Source: Longimicrobiales bacterium (GTDB lineage: Bacteria; Gemmatimonadota; Gemmatimonadetes; Longimicrobiales; Gaopeijiaceae). From it: 64,000 bases of DNA. Below the pieces are notes generated by a model that saw nothing but the letters and a program-made list of their open reading frames with translations, was not told the origin of the DNA and made no database searches. The stretch spans positions 1 through 64,000 of the forward strand of contig CAXXKM010000002.1 of the NCBI GenBank assembly GCA_963664435.2, written 5' to 3'. A program made the position numbers and the translations under genes. Positions 61,465-64,000 of this stretch are shown here, piece after piece (the stretch's first letter is position 1; every line of letters starts with the position of its first letter).

Positions 61465-62625
61465 TCAGAAGGCCCTGGCAACCCCGACATTGATGTTGAG
61501 GACCCGGTGCCTGGCCGTCTCGCCGACGTACTTGTCGATGTCCTGGAGGCCGTAGCTGTACAGGAGCCCCGCGGTCAGGCGGGTGTCGCCGGTGCCCATC
61601 TCGATGCCGACACCCCCCGACACCCCGAAGTCGATCGACTGGGTGTCGAGGTTGGCGCTCCGGCAATCGTCGCTGCCGGTGAAGCGCCCACCCCCGGCGC
61701 TGGCGTTCAGGACGAGGCGGCAACCCACCTCGAAGGACGCGTAGGGGCCGATCAGCACATACAGCGGGAGATTCGCCACCGGCGGCGCAGCGATGCGGGC
61801 CAGCGCCGTGAAATCGATATTTTCGAAGGTGATGTCCGCGCTGGCGACCATGTCACCCGCCCCCTGCGTCATTCGGGCGCCTTTCTTCGCGAATTGGGCG
61901 CCGAGCTGGACGCCGTAGCGGCCGCTGACGGGAAACGCGACACCGAATCCGCCGCCCACGCCGGTGCGCTGCGACGCGTTGATGGGCACCGCGTCGCTGG
62001 TCGTGAAGGCCATGGTTGCCGCGTTCACCCCGACCAGAGGAAAGAGCACGGTAAGCCCGCCCCTGGCCTGTGAAGGTTCGACCGCAGGCGCGGGCTCGGC
62101 CGCAGGCGCTGGCGCAGCGGCAGGGGCAGGCTCGGCGGCAGGGGCGGGCGCGGCGGCGGGTGCAGGCGCAGCGGTGGGGGCGGGGGCAGGCGCGGGCTCC
62201 GCGGCACGCGCGGGAGCCGGGCCCTGGGGTGCCGGTGCCGGCGTCGCCTCGCCCTGGCTCATCGCCTCGTCCAGAAGCACCAGCGCGGAGCCGTAGTGCT
62301 CACCCTCCCGACCCGCCTCCTGCAGGTAGCGGGTCGCGGACGTGATGGCCGTCTCGCGGAATCCGGCCTCCAGGGCGGTCGTCGCGTGCCTGAACCAGAG
62401 TTCGGCCGGGGTCTCCATGCCTTGATTGGCCTGCAGCAGCATCGCCACGTCCAGGGCTTCCAGGGCGGCGGCCCAGTCCTGGTTCTGCATGTGGCGATCG
62501 GCTCGCACGAGATAGAGGTCTATCTGGACATCGGGAGGCAGCTCCTGGCTGGCCGCTGCCGTGGGTCCCAGCGCGACGGCCAGACCCAATGCCGCGAAAA
62601 TCACTCGGGAACTTGCTCTGAACAT
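61465..62625 (-). CDS. TPR-like/beta-barrel OMP (mirror copy)
   Basis: Identical to 5347-6507. Confidence 0.75.
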   Translation of the reverse strand: MFRASSRVIFAALGLAVALGPTAAASQELPPDVQIDLYLVRADRHMQNQDWAAALEALDVAMLLQANQGMETPAELWFRHATTALEAGFRETAITSATRYLQEAGREGEHYGSALVLLDEAMSQGEATPAPAPQGPAPARAAEPAPAPAPTAAPAPAAAPAPAAEPAPAAAPAPAAEPAPAVEPSQARGGLTVLFPLVGVNAATMAFTTSDAVPINASQRTGVGGGFGVAFPVSGRYGVQLGAQFAKKGARMTQGAGDMVASADITFENIDFTALARIAAPPVANLPLYVLIGPYASFEVGCRLVLNASAGGGRFTGSDDCRSANLDTQSIDFGVSGGVGIEMGTGDTRLTAGLLYSYGLQDIDKYVGETARHRVLNINVGVARAF

Positions 62626-62782
62626 GTCGTTCCTCCAGCGGATAGTGTCGCATCCATTGTGCGACACGGAAGGTTATCAGCACGGGACGGGGTTACGCTA
62701 CCCGGGGAATAATTGTTCAGCCAGGTGCAAGGATGAACCGAAGGGGTCGAGCCGGAGAGAGGGACGAGGCCGGTGCCCCGGA

Positions 62783-63343
62783 CTAGCCCGCGCTGCGGCT
62801 GATGCCGTTGTTGACGACCCGTTCCAGATCGGTGAGACCGTGGACCTCCGCGCGCAGCGAGACCTCCCGTCCGCTGCGGAAGCGCAGTACGCCCTTGAGC
62901 GAGTCGCCGGCGACCGGGCGGCGCGCCAGGTCGAGCAGCATCACGTGCGTGCCGCCGGGGACGAGCTGGGTGACTGCGTCGGCAGGAAGCGGCAGGGCGT
63001 CGACCGGGGACATGACGCGGATCCCGTCGCGCTCGCCGGTCTCGTGGATCCGGGCCGATCCCGCCCCTTCGACCACGATGGACTCCAGGGTGTCTTCCGT
63101 CGGCCCGCGATTGCGGAGCGCGAAGTAGACCGCCGCCGTCTCGCCCGTGACCGACTCGCCGGCGAACGCCTGCGAGACCTCCACGACCCCGTCTCGGCTG
63201 GTGGACACCCACTGGTGCCCCTGGGGGTCGCAGGCCGCCGCGGCGAGGAGAAGGAGCGCCGCGGTGAGCGCGGGATGCGTCAATGGCCATCGTCCATGCG
63301 TCAGAATCCGTCGCCGATGCGTCAGAATCCGTCGGTGCGTCAC
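62783..63343 (-). CDS. PCu(A)C copper chaperone (mirror copy)
   Basis: Identical to 4629-5189. Confidence 0.88.
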   Translation of the reverse strand: MTHRRILTHRRRILTHGRWPLTHPALTAALLLLAAAACDPQGHQWVSTSRDGVVEVSQAFAGESVTGETAAVYFALRNRGPTEDTLESIVVEGAGSARIHETGERDGIRVMSPVDALPLPADAVTQLVPGGTHVMLLDLARRPVAGDSLKGVLRFRSGREVSLRAEVHGLTDLERVVNNGISRSAG

Positions 63344-64000
63344 CTCTGTTCGATGAGCCTGGGGAGGTCGTGGGCCCAGGCCGACTGGCGCGTCCCGAAG
63401 GGATAGCGCAGCCGCGCCGGTCCATCCGCGGTAAAAGCCAGCACCGAAGCCGCGTGGCCGACCAGGTAGTTGCCGTCCTCATCGGGCTCGTCGAGCAGCG
63501 AGGCGGGGAGGCCGACCTGGTTCTGGATGCGGTTGACTTCCTCGAGGGTGCCGCGCAGCCCGACGAACGACGGGTCGAAGACGTCCAGCCACTCGCGGAT
63601 GCGCTCGGGCGTGTCGCGGGCCGGATCGGTCGACACGAAGACGACCTCCACGCGGTGCCGGTCCTCGCTGGGGATGGATTTCATCGCCTGGCCGATGTTG
63701 GCCATGTGGATGGGGCAGATGTCCGGGCACCAGGTGTAGCCGAAGAAGAGCAGCGCCACGCGGCCGCGCGTCTCGTCGAGAAAGGAGTACGGACGCCCCT
63801 CGGTGTCGGTGAGCGTGAAGTCGGGACGCTCGATGAGGATGGGGAGGGGCTCGCCCTGGAATTCGGCGTCGGAGGCGCCCCCGCCTCCGGGCGCGCAGGC
63901 GGTGGGAAGGAATACCGCCAGCGACAGGGCGACCGGGGACAGGAGGGCCCGGGTCGTACGTCTGGCGCGACGCGGGATCGGGCCGCCGAGCCCGGGGCGA
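63340..64000 (-). CDS. SCO family protein (mirror copy, start beyond window)
   Basis: Identical to 3972-4632. Confidence 0.9.
   Translation of the reverse strand, partial: RPGLGGPIPRRARRTTRALLSPVALSLAVFLPTACAPGGGGASDAEFQGEPLPILIERPDFTLTDTEGRPYSFLDETRGRVALLFFGYTWCPDICPIHMANIGQAMKSIPSEDRHRVEVVFVSTDPARDTPERIREWLDVFDPSFVGLRGTLEEVNRIQNQVGLPASLLDEPDEDGNYLVGHAASVLAFTADGPARLRYPFGTRQSAWAHDLPRLIEQR

Larger units (their letters stand above)
54609..64000 (-). repeat. Right arm of the inverted repeat (continues past the window)
   Basis: Reverse complement of 3972-13363. Confidence 0.95.

Overview
High-GC bacterial DNA. The gene families resemble those of host-associated Gemmatimonadota such as sponge symbionts, but that is inference only. 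The window is organised as a giant mirror: 3972-13363 recurs as an apparently exact inverted repeat at 54609-64000 (x maps to 67972-x) and runs off the window edge. Each arm carries SCO, PCuAC, a TPR/beta-barrel OMP, CtaG, an acyl-CoA synthetase, an SSS transporter, a small island ending in an integrase remnant, a sigma-54 promoter, and the 5' end of a ~1,760-aa acidic S-layer-like lipoprotein. Inside the exact repeat the arms continue as diverged paralogues: S-layer-like gene A/B, then FN3-autotransporter A/B. These enclose a unique ~22-kb core of inward-pointing modular lipoproteins (BIG2, LRR, PD40, zinc peptidases), orphan domain relics and IS debris. Main hypothesis: a switchable or invertible surface-protein locus with constant 5' ends and variable bodies, possibly mis-assembled as a palindrome. 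Both S-layer-like copies also carry an in-frame UGA at codon 3 of an otherwise complete lipoprotein signal peptide.
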